In this document: positions 9,983-20,611 of the stretch, one piece after another | How the letters are laid out: every line of letters starts with the position of its first letter | Numbering within the stretch: the first letter of the stretch is position 1 | Origin: SAR324 cluster bacterium | Lineage (GTDB): Bacteria > SAR324 > XYD2-FULL-50-16 > HCM1 | Assembly (NCBI GenBank): GCA_002995645.1 | Contig: PUHO01000017.1 | Span: forward strand, 918-64,917 | Reading direction: 5' to 3' | Length of the DNA: 64,000 bases | Made by a program: the position numbers and the translations under genes | Notes under the pieces: model-generated | The model's input: only the letters and a program-made list of their open reading frames with translations | What the model was told of the DNA's origin: nothing | The model's database searches: none

Positions 9983-12874
9983 TTATTGTATATTAAAGAA
10001 ACTGTTTCTTGGCGAATCAGAAGACACAGAAACGTATTTTTTTAAGCTGCCGTTTGCTTGAATGTAGTAATGATTATTCGGTACAAATAAAATTTTGAAT
10101 TTACTTGTGTCTGTATTATATGTTTGCCACGTTTTCTTTTGCGGTTTTATTTTGAATAGGATCGTATTATTTTGCTTATCCCATTGGCGAATCTTAGAAA
10201 AATCTAGTTGTAAAATTGTATCGTTAAGGTAACGCCATCGTATGAAAGAGGCGGCAAAGTCTTGTTGTGTAATTAGTTTTTTCTTGTTTGCTATAAGTTC
10301 ATTTAAGATATAAATATATTTTCTAAATGCTTCAAAGTTAGTTTTTTTTGTAAACGTAGTAAAATCAACTTGTGTTTCGCCTTGTGTAATAGCAAGTTTC
10401 GTTTCATTTGGAATATCAAGAAAAATATATTCTTCCGGAATAGCGGAAAGAATAACCGTGTCGTTACAAGTGCGTAACTCAATGTTTTCTAATCCAATAG
10501 CAAAGCGAGAAGTATGATCAAAAAGGAATTTATCCCAAACAAGGAAATAAAGATCTAAGTCCCATTCACTCATAAAATTATATATATCAGTGTCAAAATA
10601 AGCGTTAGATCCTAGCTTACTAAAAAGCAAAATAGGCATAGTGTTTCGTTCTTGCAAGCTAGTAAGAATCAAAGCGTAATACGCCGCTTTATCAGTGGAA
10701 TCTTCTTTTAAGATATTTAAAGCTAGTTTTTTAATATACTCTTTATCTTTACAAAAATCAGGGTTGTCTAAGAAATTATTTAAAGCTTTTTTTGCTTGTA
10801 ATAGTTTTTTATTTACTTTTGTTTTTTTCCATATGAAAAAGTTTTTTGAGCTAATAGAAGCTAAGCCGTATCGTCTTTGTTTTTGCCTTTTTAATAACTT
10901 CTGTAATAGTTCTGCTTCTTTAATACGAGCGGCTTTTTCTTCAATAATCGTTTCTTCCGGAAGGAAATCTGTAATTGTACTTTTTAAAAGAGGATCTAAA
11001 GATTGATTTTGTTGTTTTTTAATAAATAGCTTTTTCGATAAGTCGAGAAGATAAATTTTATTTGAATCACCGGATAAAACGGCTAGATGCTTTGATTCGA
11101 CAATACGTAGCTCTGAAATATGAATAGGCAAAGCTTTTAAGGTAGAGACAAGAAAGAATTTTTTATTTTGTAAAAACCATAAACGTACTGTTTTATCATT
11201 CCCTGCTGAAAGAAGATATTGATTATTAGGTAAAAAATAGATTCGCGCAACACTAGCTTCATGCCCGTTAAGGCGATAGAGCTCTTCTTTAGTATTAAGA
11301 TCCCACACAAGCGAAGTAAGATCGGCGCTAGCTGTGGCGAGTTGTTTATCATCATAAGAAAAATCGGCATTATTTACGATTCCTTTATGTTTTGTAAATG
11401 TATCTTTTATAGAAAAGTCATCTGTGTTTAGGACGATTGTCGTTTTATCCGTTCCGGTTACGGCAAGTAAGTCACCGTTTTTTGAAAAGCTGACGTACGT
11501 CATCGGTCCTTTATGTATTTTTTTATGTAAAACTAAGGCTTTTGTTTTATAGTTCCAAATAAATAATTCCGGTTCTTCTCCTACTGCTGCTATAAGTGGT
11601 TTTGTTGGATGAAAGGCAATAGAAAGAATACGAGCTTTATATCCAAGAAAAGAGCGAATTTGTTTCTTTGTGTTTGTGTCCCATAAACTAAGGTGCCCGT
11701 TTTCTCCACCAAGAGCAAAAAATTTGCTATCCGGTGAAAAACGAATGGCAAAAATGGGATCTTTAGGCGCTGGAATTTGACCTATAGGAATCTTTCTTTT
11801 TAAATCCCATAATTTGAATTGGTTACTTATGTCGTTACTTAAAATAAACCGCCCGTCTTTAGAAGCGTCAAACGTACGAATACGGGTTTTATGGCTTTGT
11901 AAAGACAAAATATGTTGTAAAGCCGTTTTTTTGAAAATACGTACTTTTGTTTTTAAAAAACCAACTTGCAGCAAATCTTCTGTTGACGAAACGGCGCAGG
12001 TGTTAATTGTGCCGTCAATTTTTTGTAAAGACTGCACTAGTTTTTTAGTGTTAATATTCCATATATATACTTTATTAGCTTCAGTACATACCATTATTTC
12101 CGTAGAATCAGCAGTAAAACCAAAATTAATAATTGGCTTTTTATGTTTAATTACAGTTGTAATTTTGTGTTGCTTCCAATTCCAAATAGAGACGTTCTTA
12201 TCATAACCGCCAAAAGCAATAAATCTTCCGCTAGGATCAAAGCTAATATGCGTAATACGTTGGGAAGTGATTTTAGCACGTATAAGAAGGCGTTGTCTTA
12301 ATAAACTCCAAAGGTTAATATTTCCTTTTATATCTGTCCAAGCAATAATATTGCCTGAAGGATGTACGGCTAAAGCGGTGATTTTTGACGTAGTAGGAAT
12401 ATAGTAGTGCGTGCCGATAAATTGATTTAATTTCCAATAGATAATTTTGTTTTCTTCTCCGCTAGCAATAAAGAAAGATCCGTTTTTGCTTGTTTGTAGG
12501 TGTTTGATTAAACCAAGGTTAACTGAAAAATTTTGTATAATCCCGCCACTTGCAATGCTGTGTAATTTTATGACTCCGTCCATGCCGCCGGTGAGAATAA
12601 AATTAGAAAAAGGTAGTATTTTAAGAATAGTTGCTTTATGTGCGTACGTAGGAATAACTTTAAGAGATTGCCCGGTTTTTGTATTCCATACGCGAATCGT
12701 ATGTGTGTAATCAATTACAGCAGAGGTTCTTGAGTCCGGTGCAAGAGACGAATCAAAAATAGTTCCAACAGGAGCAAAAAAACTACGCTCAAAAACATAT
12801 TTATTACTTACTTGTGCTAAAGCGCAATGGCAAGCTAGTAAAGTGAATAAAACGTACAGAAATAAAGATTTCAT
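9983..12874 (-). CDS. exported WD40-repeat protein with a C-terminal domain I do not recognise
   Basis: 963 aa. It has an N-terminal signal-peptide-like MKSLFLYVLFTLLACHCALAQ. About 600 aa carry WD40-like repeats (recurrent ...D.T..LW.. / IW.. blocks). I could not assign the C-terminal about 350 aa. Confidence 0.7.
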   Translation of the reverse strand: MKSLFLYVLFTLLACHCALAQVSNKYVFERSFFAPVGTIFDSSLAPDSRTSAVIDYTHTIRVWNTKTGQSLKVIPTYAHKATILKILPFSNFILTGGMDGVIKLHSIASGGIIQNFSVNLGLIKHLQTSKNGSFFIASGEENKIIYWKLNQFIGTHYYIPTTSKITALAVHPSGNIIAWTDIKGNINLWSLLRQRLLIRAKITSQRITHISFDPSGRFIAFGGYDKNVSIWNWKQHKITTVIKHKKPIINFGFTADSTEIMVCTEANKVYIWNINTKKLVQSLQKIDGTINTCAVSSTEDLLQVGFLKTKVRIFKKTALQHILSLQSHKTRIRTFDASKDGRFILSNDISNQFKLWDLKRKIPIGQIPAPKDPIFAIRFSPDSKFFALGGENGHLSLWDTNTKKQIRSFLGYKARILSIAFHPTKPLIAAVGEEPELFIWNYKTKALVLHKKIHKGPMTYVSFSKNGDLLAVTGTDKTTIVLNTDDFSIKDTFTKHKGIVNNADFSYDDKQLATASADLTSLVWDLNTKEELYRLNGHEASVARIYFLPNNQYLLSAGNDKTVRLWFLQNKKFFLVSTLKALPIHISELRIVESKHLAVLSGDSNKIYLLDLSKKLFIKKQQNQSLDPLLKSTITDFLPEETIIEEKAARIKEAELLQKLLKRQKQRRYGLASISSKNFFIWKKTKVNKKLLQAKKALNNFLDNPDFCKDKEYIKKLALNILKEDSTDKAAYYALILTSLQERNTMPILLFSKLGSNAYFDTDIYNFMSEWDLDLYFLVWDKFLFDHTSRFAIGLENIELRTCNDTVILSAIPEEYIFLDIPNETKLAITQGETQVDFTTFTKKTNFEAFRKYIYILNELIANKKKLITQQDFAASFIRWRYLNDTILQLDFSKIRQWDKQNNTILFKIKPQKKTWQTYNTDTSKFKILFVPNNHYYIQANGSLKKYVSVSSDSPRNSFFNIQ

Positions 12875-13049
12875 TAATGTGTATAAAAAAGTAAAATATT
12901 AATTTTTTAAATAGTAGTAATAATACTATAGACGAGAGTTAGATTTTATTATATAGTAAAACTCTCTAAATAAGAATACCCTTTTATTAAAGAGCAGGCA
13001 AGTAGTATACTAACAAATCATATTATATACAAAGATTTATATTTAATTT

Positions 13050-14891
13050 ATGCAAAATTCACAAACAACTACAGGAAATAAAAAAAGATCTCTTCGCAGC
13101 CACGTTGCGACAGATGGAAGAAGTATGGCTGGCGCAAGAGCTTTGTGGCGCGCTAACGGCATGAAAGACGGCGATTTTGGAAAACCAATTATAGCCGTTG
13201 TTAATTCGTTTACGCAATTTGTTCCGGGACACGGACATTTGCATAAAGTAGGACAATATATTAAAAAAATTATTGATGCTAACGGTGGCTTTGCCGCAGA
13301 AATGAATACAATAGCTATAGACGACGGTATTGCAATGGGACATTCTGGTATGTTGTATTCTCTACCAAGTAGGGAATTGATTTCCGATTCTATTGAATAC
13401 GTTGCTAATGCACATTGTGTTGACGCTATGATTTGTATTACAAACTGTGATAAAATTACACCTGGTATGTTAATGGCGGCAATGCGCCTTAATATTCCAA
13501 CGATTGTCGTATCTGGCGGACCAATGGAAGCGGGTAAAGTAGACGATAAAAAACTAGATTTAATAGACGTAATGGTTGCTGCCGGTAATGATTCGGTTTC
13601 TGATGACAAGCTTGCTACGTTGGAGCGAAGCGGTTGCCCTACTTGCGGTTCTTGTTCCGGCATGTTTACCGCAAACAGCATGAATTGTTTAACTGAAGCT
13701 TTAGGGCTTGGGCTTCCTGGTAACGGTACCTTGTTAGCAACCCATAGCTTACGTAAAGACTTGTTTGAAAGAGCGGCAAAGCGTATTGTGGAAGCGGCAA
13801 AAGAATATTACTTTGAAGGTAATGATTCAGTGTTGCCACGTTCGATTGCTACTATAGATGCTTTTAAAAATGCAATGAGCGTAGATATTGCCATGGGCGG
13901 CAGTACTAATACTGTACTACATTTGTTAGCCATAGCAAACGAGGCAAACGTTTCTTTTACTATGCAAGATATAGATTGGCTTTCTAAAAACGTACCAACT
14001 TTGTGTAAAGTGTCTCCTTCTTCGTCTTATCATATTGAGGACGTTCATCGCGCCGGTGGCATTAATTCTATTATGGAGATTCTCGCGCAAGAAGGGAAGA
14101 TAAACACAGACGTACCAGTTATTGCCGGTGGTACGTTGCAAGAGCAAATTGACGCCTATTCTATCCTAAAAAACAAAAAAGAGGATTTTTATAAGGCAAA
14201 AGCTGCTGGAATCCGCACAACAGAAGGCTTTTCACAAAGTAAATACAATGACACTTTAGACACAGACCGAGTAAGCGGTTGTATTCGTGATAAAGAAAAC
14301 GCCTATTCACAAGACGGCGGTTTATGCGTTTTGTTTGGTAATATAGCGCAAGAAGGTTGTATTTTGAAAACAGCGGGAGTTGATCCTTCTATTTGGCAAT
14401 TCAAAGGAAGTGCGCGCGTTTTTCATTCGCAAGAAACGGCGTGCGATGCTATCTTGCGTAATGAAATTAAAGACGGCGACGTTGTTATTATTTTATATGA
14501 AGGTCCTAAAGGCGGACCGGGTATGCAAGAAATGTTATACCCTACTAGTTTCTTAAAATCAAAAAATCTAGGCAAAACGGTAGCCTTGTTAACAGACGGT
14601 CGCTTTAGTGGCGGGACTGCCGGGCTTTCTATTGGACATGCTTCGCCTGAAGCGGCGTCTGGTGGGGATATTGCTTTAATTGAAGAAGGTGATATAATTG
14701 AAATTGATATTACAAAAAGAAGTTTGCATTTAGATATTACGCAAGAAGAAATGGACAAAAGACGTCAAGCCATGAAAGATAAAAAAGAACTTGCCTACGT
14801 TCCAAAAAGAGACAGGCAAGTTTCAAAATCTTTACAACTATATGCCGCTCATGTGGAAACCGCTTCTAAAGGCGCTATTAGAACAGTGTAA
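13050..14891 (+). CDS. ilvD: dihydroxy-acid dehydratase
   Basis: 613 aa with typical IlvD blocks ([45 protein letters not shown]). Confidence 0.95.
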   Translation: MQNSQTTTGNKKRSLRSHVATDGRSMAGARALWRANGMKDGDFGKPIIAVVNSFTQFVPGHGHLHKVGQYIKKIIDANGGFAAEMNTIAIDDGIAMGHSGMLYSLPSRELISDSIEYVANAHCVDAMICITNCDKITPGMLMAAMRLNIPTIVVSGGPMEAGKVDDKKLDLIDVMVAAGNDSVSDDKLATLERSGCPTCGSCSGMFTANSMNCLTEALGLGLPGNGTLLATHSLRKDLFERAAKRIVEAAKEYYFEGNDSVLPRSIATIDAFKNAMSVDIAMGGSTNTVLHLLAIANEANVSFTMQDIDWLSKNVPTLCKVSPSSSYHIEDVHRAGGINSIMEILAQEGKINTDVPVIAGGTLQEQIDAYSILKNKKEDFYKAKAAGIRTTEGFSQSKYNDTLDTDRVSGCIRDKENAYSQDGGLCVLFGNIAQEGCILKTAGVDPSIWQFKGSARVFHSQETACDAILRNEIKDGDVVIILYEGPKGGPGMQEMLYPTSFLKSKNLGKTVALLTDGRFSGGTAGLSIGHASPEAASGGDIALIEEGDIIEIDITKRSLHLDITQEEMDKRRQAMKDKKELAYVPKRDRQVSKSLQLYAAHVETASKGAIRTV

Positions 14892-14928
14892 AGAATAATT
14901 TTTTAGAAAGTACCTTTAAGGAGATAGT

Positions 14929-16278
14929 TTGCAAGTTATTTTATCCGGAGTGGAAGAAATAGGAGCTTATGCAATTGAAAAACTATTGCAAGAGCAGTTT
15001 AACCTTAAAATTGTAGGTGTAGAATACGATTCTTATTTTATTCGTGAACATGAGAATTTAAAATCAGAAGACGCGGCTATATTACAAAGTAATACGCTAC
15101 GTACGATTTCATCTGAAGACTACCTTTTTGCACTTACAAATGATTACGCTACTAATTTGCTTACCTGTAAAGTTGCAAAAGAGCAAAATGCAAAAATAAC
15201 GGTTGCCACAGTTAAACGAGGTCACCTTGATTCGGAACAAGATAAAAAACTACAATCTATTTTTGGGGTTGACGTTCTTTTGAATACGGCTTCTTTAGTC
15301 GCAAACTTGCTTGTTAATTTATTAAATTATCCTTTAGCAGTGGACGTTTATAAACTGGCAAACGATGAGCTTATCATGCTCGGTTTTCCAGTGCAACGCG
15401 TTCTTGCTCTTGCCAATTTGTCAGTAGAAGAAATAGAAGACTATTTTTTAAAACATGACTTGCCAATCCAAGTTAGCTTTGTATATAGCAACTATATTTT
15501 TCAGCAAGCAACAAAACAAATACGCTTACAACCAACTGATACGGTGTACTTTTTATTACATGAAGAATATTGTTCTGCTTTATATCATTTTTTAGAAGTG
15601 GAGAGAGTAGAAAAAAATAAAAAACAAAAAATAGTAATTAACGGAGGCGGTCAAATCGGCGTTGCCATTGCAGAATTGTTGCCAAAAGATAAGTATAGTA
15701 TTAGCATTATTGAAATAGACGAAGCACGTAGCGTTCATATTGCAAAAAAGTTAGCTTATGCAAGAGTGCTAAATTTTGACGGATTGGATAAAGAAATAAT
15801 GCAAATGGAAAACTTAGAAAATGCCGATTATTTTCTTTCAGTAACACAAAAAGAAGCCGTTAACATTACAAGTTGCCTTAATGCTTTTGGCTTAGGTATT
15901 TCTAAATGTATTCCTTTATTAAGTCAACCGTCTTTCTTTGATATTTTAAGGACAAAAAAGTATATATATACAAGTTTGTCACCACGTAATATATTAATTC
16001 GATTTTTACTTAACCTACTTCGAAAACCTGATTTTTTAACTTACATTCCTTTGTTTAATTCTACGCTTGTAATTTGCGAAGTGAAAATTAAAAGTGATTC
16101 AACGTCTATAGGTAAAACATTGGGTTCTTTAGGGTTGTGTAAAGAAATTAAAACCTTACTTGTGTTGCGAAATCATAAATATATCACGGCAAATATGGAT
16201 TTAATCATAGAAGGTGAAGATCGTTTGATTTTAACAGGGAATACCTTAGAACTTCAAGAACGTATTTCTTTTTTATAA
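14929..16278 (+). CDS. trkA: Trk potassium uptake system NAD-binding subunit TrkA
   Basis: 449 aa with a TTG start 7 nt after AAGGAG. Two RCK halves: the second has GGGQIG, and the first Rossmann glycine motif is degenerate. It lies directly upstream of trkH. Confidence 0.75.
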   Translation: MQVILSGVEEIGAYAIEKLLQEQFNLKIVGVEYDSYFIREHENLKSEDAAILQSNTLRTISSEDYLFALTNDYATNLLTCKVAKEQNAKITVATVKRGHLDSEQDKKLQSIFGVDVLLNTASLVANLLVNLLNYPLAVDVYKLANDELIMLGFPVQRVLALANLSVEEIEDYFLKHDLPIQVSFVYSNYIFQQATKQIRLQPTDTVYFLLHEEYCSALYHFLEVERVEKNKKQKIVINGGGQIGVAIAELLPKDKYSISIIEIDEARSVHIAKKLAYARVLNFDGLDKEIMQMENLENADYFLSVTQKEAVNITSCLNAFGLGISKCIPLLSQPSFFDILRTKKYIYTSLSPRNILIRFLLNLLRKPDFLTYIPLFNSTLVICEVKIKSDSTSIGKTLGSLGLCKEIKTLLVLRNHKYITANMDLIIEGEDRLILTGNTLELQERISFL

Positions 16279-16285
16279 AGTTTTT

Positions 16286-17731
16286 ATGCATTATTCTGCT
16301 ATTTTTAAAGTTTTAGGCTCTATTATCGTATTGTTATCTTTAACGTTACTAGTGCCTTTAATCTATGCCCTTGTGTTAGATAGTCCCGATTGGAAATCGT
16401 TTCTATACTCATTCCTTATTACTTTCATTCTTGGCACTTGTTTAGCTTTGTTGCCAACAAAATATAAAGCCTTAAAAAATAAAGATGCTTTTGCTATTGT
16501 ATCCCTTAGTTGGCTAGGTCTTGGCGTGCTTGGCGGCTTGCCTTATTACTTGTCTGGCGTTGCTAGTTTTACAGATACGTATTTTGAAACAGTAAGCGGG
16601 TTTACAACAACCGGCGCTTCTATTTTTACGAAAATTGAATCTTTGAGTCATCCAATATTACTTTGGCGTAGTATGACTCAGTGGATTGGTGGCATGGGTA
16701 TTATTGTTTTGTCTTTAGCTATTTTGCCTTACCTTGATCTTGGCGGTATGGGGCTATTTCAAGCTGAAGTTCCGGGACCAACGGCGGATAAGTTAACACC
16801 TCGTATTGCGGACACGGCAAAGGTTCTTTGGTTTGTTTACGTAATTGTTACTATAGTACTGATTTTTATTCTACGTATTGCCGGCATGTCTTGGTTTGAC
16901 GCTATTGCACAAGCTTTTGCAACTACGTCTACCGGTGGATTTAGTACAAAAAATGCTAGTATTAGTGGCTTTCATTCACCTGTGATTGAAGCTATATTAA
17001 TTATTTTCATGTTCCTTGCCGGAGCGAACTTCGCTTTACACTATCGTTTACTATATAGAAAAATGAAGATACGCGACTATTTGCTAGACGCTGAGTTTCG
17101 TTTTTATTTATGTTTAACTACTTTGGCCATTGTCTCTATTACGTTAGTGAATTTTTTCAAGCTAGGCGGTAATATTATTTCTATTTTTAGAGGTGTTGCC
17201 TTTAGTGTGGTCTCTGTATTAACTACAACAGGATACGGAACGGTGGACTACGTTCTTTGGCCTATTTTTGGGCAAATCGTCCTTTTACTTTTAATGTTTA
17301 TTGGCGCTTGCGCCGGAAGTACCGCTGGTGGGATAAAAGTGGCTCGTATTCAACTTATTGTTCAATATGCTAAAGCGGAAATGTATAAACTGTTACATCC
17401 TAATTTAGTTAAACCACTGGAAAAAGATAATCAATTAATAGACAGGAACGTTATTTCCGGCGTATTAAGCTTTATCTTTATTTACCTTGGCGTTATAGGC
17501 ATATCTTTATTGCTTGTTTCTTTGAATGCTCCTGATTTAATGACGGCGATCGGTGCTGTCGTGTCTGCAGTTGGCGACGTTGGTCCCGGTTTTAGTACAG
17601 TTGGTCCGGCTTCTAATTTTGGACATCTTAGCTCTATGAGTAAATGGGTGCTAAGTTTTGATATGGTGCTAGGACGTTTAGAAATTTTAGCTATTGTTGT
17701 CTTCTTTTTACCGAGTACATGGAAAGAATAA
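16286..17731 (+). CDS. trkH: Trk potassium uptake system membrane subunit TrkH
   Basis: 481-aa polytopic protein with TrkH/KtrB-type repeats (SGFTTTGAS, TSTGGFST, TTTGYGT, STAGGIKV). Confidence 0.9.
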   Translation: MHYSAIFKVLGSIIVLLSLTLLVPLIYALVLDSPDWKSFLYSFLITFILGTCLALLPTKYKALKNKDAFAIVSLSWLGLGVLGGLPYYLSGVASFTDTYFETVSGFTTTGASIFTKIESLSHPILLWRSMTQWIGGMGIIVLSLAILPYLDLGGMGLFQAEVPGPTADKLTPRIADTAKVLWFVYVIVTIVLIFILRIAGMSWFDAIAQAFATTSTGGFSTKNASISGFHSPVIEAILIIFMFLAGANFALHYRLLYRKMKIRDYLLDAEFRFYLCLTTLAIVSITLVNFFKLGGNIISIFRGVAFSVVSVLTTTGYGTVDYVLWPIFGQIVLLLLMFIGACAGSTAGGIKVARIQLIVQYAKAEMYKLLHPNLVKPLEKDNQLIDRNVISGVLSFIFIYLGVIGISLLLVSLNAPDLMTAIGAVVSAVGDVGPGFSTVGPASNFGHLSSMSKWVLSFDMVLGRLEILAIVVFFLPSTWKE

Positions 17732-17757
17732 AAAATATATTTTAATGGTCTTTAAAT

Positions 17758-19143
17758 ATGAAAAAATATCAATATGACGTTATCATTATTGGTGCAGGTC
17801 CCGGTGGCTATGAAGCGGCTATTTATGCCGGTAAGAAAGGACTTTGTACGGCAATTATAGATAAACGTAGTTTAGCCGGCGGCACTTGTTTGCATGTTGG
17901 TTGTATCCCCTCAAAAACCTTGCTAGAAGCTACTCATTTATATCAACAAGCAACGCAAGCAAAACATCGTGGTATTGAGTCGAATACGACTCTTTCTTTA
18001 GCAACCTTACAAGCATATAAAGATAAAGTTGTTAACGTGAATGCACAAGGCATAGCCCGTTCTTTTGAAAAATACGGCGTTACACAATATGAAGGAACAG
18101 CTAGCTTTATAGATCCGCATAAAGTGACAGTACAAATAAAAGAAGGAAACGAAGAACTTACGGCAAAGTATATTATTATAGCAACCGGTTCTAAACCAAC
18201 AGAACTACCTATCTTGCAAGTTGATCATAGCCGTATATTTAATTCCGATTCTATTTTGTCATTACAAAAAATACCGGAAAAACTAGCTATTATAGGCGGC
18301 GGTGTTATAGGTCTAGAAATAGGCACTGTTTTCAAAAGGCTAGGCAGTGAAATAGAGATTATTGAAAGAAACGATTCTATTTTATGCGAAGCTGATGCGA
18401 GTATAAAGCAAGAAGTAACAAGGCTTATGCGAAAACAAAAGATTAAGGTACACACAAGCACGACCTTAACCGGTTGCCAAGTGAATGAGGCAAACTTAGT
18501 TCTAGCAATGCAGAATAAACAAGGGCAAGAAAAAACAATAGAAGTAACGGACTGTTTAGTTGCCGTTGGAAGGGTGCCGGAAACAGATAGTTTGAATTTA
18601 GATACAATAGGGATAGAACGTAATAATAACGGTACGATTCATACAGATGAAAATAAACGAACGAATATAGAAACTATCTATGCTATAGGCGACGTAACAA
18701 AAGGGGCTATGTTAGCTCATAAAGCAAGTAATGAAGGTACGTTTGTCATTGATCTACTGTGTAATGAAACAAGAAGCGCAGTTAAAGAAGAAATGATCCC
18801 GTCCGTTGTGTATATAGAACCGGAAATAGCTTGGATCGGTAAAACGCAGGAACAGCTAACGCAACAAGGTATAGAGTATAAGAAAGGGAGTTGTTTATTT
18901 CGTGCTCTAGGAAGAAGTCACGCAAGTGATACGCTAGACGGGGCATTGCATATTCTTGTTGAAAAAGAAACGGATATTGTTGTTGGTATGCATATTATAG
19001 GGGAAAGGGCAGCCGATTTAGTCGCCATTGGTATGGTTGCCATTGGAGCTAAGGTAACGGCAAAAGAATTAGCTAATTTAGCATTTCCACACCCTACATT
19101 TAGCGAAGCTATCAAAGAGGCAGCGCTAGGAATCGAGAGGTAA
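17758..19143 (+). CDS. lpdA: dihydrolipoyl dehydrogenase
   Basis: 461 aa. Contains FAD-binding GAGPGGY, the redox-active disulfide GGTCLHVGCIPSK and a C-terminal HPTFSE motif. Confidence 0.9.
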   Translation: MKKYQYDVIIIGAGPGGYEAAIYAGKKGLCTAIIDKRSLAGGTCLHVGCIPSKTLLEATHLYQQATQAKHRGIESNTTLSLATLQAYKDKVVNVNAQGIARSFEKYGVTQYEGTASFIDPHKVTVQIKEGNEELTAKYIIIATGSKPTELPILQVDHSRIFNSDSILSLQKIPEKLAIIGGGVIGLEIGTVFKRLGSEIEIIERNDSILCEADASIKQEVTRLMRKQKIKVHTSTTLTGCQVNEANLVLAMQNKQGQEKTIEVTDCLVAVGRVPETDSLNLDTIGIERNNNGTIHTDENKRTNIETIYAIGDVTKGAMLAHKASNEGTFVIDLLCNETRSAVKEEMIPSVVYIEPEIAWIGKTQEQLTQQGIEYKKGSCLFRALGRSHASDTLDGALHILVEKETDIVVGMHIIGERAADLVAIGMVAIGAKVTAKELANLAFPHPTFSEAIKEAALGIER

Positions 19144-19149
19144 AATATA

Positions 19150-20376
19150 ATGAATAAAAACGAACTACAATACCAGCCGCCAAGAACGATTCCTTTGAGT
19201 CATATTCTTCCACAAGAACCGTTGTTATTAATGGGAGCAGGACCGGTGCCTATTCCAACGTCAGTAGCACAAGCAAATTCTATTGTGATTAATCATATTG
19301 GTGAAACTATGTCAAAAGTAATTCACCGTTTAAGAGTAATGGCACAATATGTTTTTCAGACAGATAGCGAAAAAATAATTGGTATTAGCGGACCGTCGTC
19401 GGCAGCAATGGAAATGGCAATAGCAAATTTAACACAAAAAGGCGATCGCATTTTAATTGTAGACAACGGTATTTTTAGTCATCGTTTTGGCGAGATGGCG
19501 GAAAGGTGCGGTGCTAATGTGGACTATCTCACTTTGCCGGAAGCAACGGCGGCAACGTACGAGGTGATAAAACAGAAATTAGAAGAGAATGAATATCATG
19601 CCGTTACCATGGCACAAGGTGAAACTTCATGTGGGATATATAATGACGATGTTCCCAAGATTGGTCAATTATGCCATGAAAAAGGTTGTTTGTTTATAGT
19701 AGATACAGTTTGTACGCTATCAGCTATGCCTTGCCAAATGGATCAATGGCATATTGATTGTCTTCTTACAGGAGGACAAAAAGGATTGGCAGCTGTGTCA
19801 GGATTCTCTTTAATTGCCTTCTCAAAAAAGGCTTGGAAGTATATTGAAAACAGGACGGAAGTACCGGCGCAATGGTGTCTTGATGCTAAGAAGGCGGATT
19901 CTTTTTGGTCGCAAGGAGGGTATCATTATACTGCCGCCGTGTCTGCTGTTTTAGCTATGCACGAAGCGTTACGTTTAATTTGTGAGGAAACTTTAGAGCG
20001 CCGTTTTGCAAGACATAGTTTATGTTCAAGAGCTTTACAAAAAGGTATAGAAGGAATGGGGCTAGAGCTATTTATTCGTAAAGAAGAAGAAAGACTTGCA
20101 ACAGTGCTTGCTATTGCGTTGCCGGAGAAAGTGGATAGTAAAGAAATACGTAAGACTATGCGCGAATCGTTTAATATAGAGATTTCCGGTTCTTTTGGCT
20201 TGCCTATTATTCGTATAGGTCAAATGGGCGAGCAATGTCGTAACTATAACCTTTTTCGTACTTTATACGCTATGGGAATGAGCTTTCGTTTGCAAAATTA
20301 TAAAATTAATTTAAGTCAAGGTTTTACTGAAATGGAAAAAGCGCTCTCAAGCGATCCTTTGCATTACCTTGCATAA
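19150..20376 (+). CDS. class V pyridoxal-phosphate aminotransferase (serine-pyruvate/alanine-glyoxylate aminotransferase-like)
   Basis: 408 aa with aminotransferase class V architecture and a putative PLP lysine in LLTGGQKGLAAVSG. Substrate not determinable. Confidence 0.7.
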   Translation: MNKNELQYQPPRTIPLSHILPQEPLLLMGAGPVPIPTSVAQANSIVINHIGETMSKVIHRLRVMAQYVFQTDSEKIIGISGPSSAAMEMAIANLTQKGDRILIVDNGIFSHRFGEMAERCGANVDYLTLPEATAATYEVIKQKLEENEYHAVTMAQGETSCGIYNDDVPKIGQLCHEKGCLFIVDTVCTLSAMPCQMDQWHIDCLLTGGQKGLAAVSGFSLIAFSKKAWKYIENRTEVPAQWCLDAKKADSFWSQGGYHYTAAVSAVLAMHEALRLICEETLERRFARHSLCSRALQKGIEGMGLELFIRKEEERLATVLAIALPEKVDSKEIRKTMRESFNIEISGSFGLPIIRIGQMGEQCRNYNLFRTLYAMGMSFRLQNYKINLSQGFTEMEKALSSDPLHYLA

Positions 20377-20540
20377 AGTTGAAAACGTTATTTTAATGTT
20401 CTTACTTGCATTCATACTTAAAAAGTGATATTACTATTAGAAAGTGTTTAAATAACGCTTAAATCAAGCGATGGAAGTATTGAAAAAATCATCATAATTT
20501 TAAGAAAAAAAATAAAATTTCTATAATTACTAAAAAACTA

Positions 20541-20568
20541 TTGACAAGATATAGAAAAAAGTAATATT
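20541..20568 (+). promoter_or_regulatory. candidate sigma70-type promoter for rplC
   Basis: Perfect -35 TTGACA at 20541-20546, followed 15-17 nt later by the overlapping TAATAT/AATATT/ATATTG. It lies about 45 nt upstream of the rplC ATG. The A+T-rich context makes chance matches likely. Confidence 0.4.
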
Positions 20569-20611
20569 GTAAAAAAATAAGTAATTATTAAGAGATATTC
20601 TAGGAAATACT

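Noticed and set aside
13043-14758. Antisense ORFs inside ilvD (212, 94, 73 and 111 aa). Similar antisense or overlapping ORFs occur inside cas9, dprA, htpG, lpdA, the WD40 gene, the cpoB-like gene (45042..45512) and the PilZ gene (42838..43329)
   Set aside because: Each lies entirely within a well-supported conserved gene on the other strand or frame. They have low-complexity or odd composition and no recognisable motifs.
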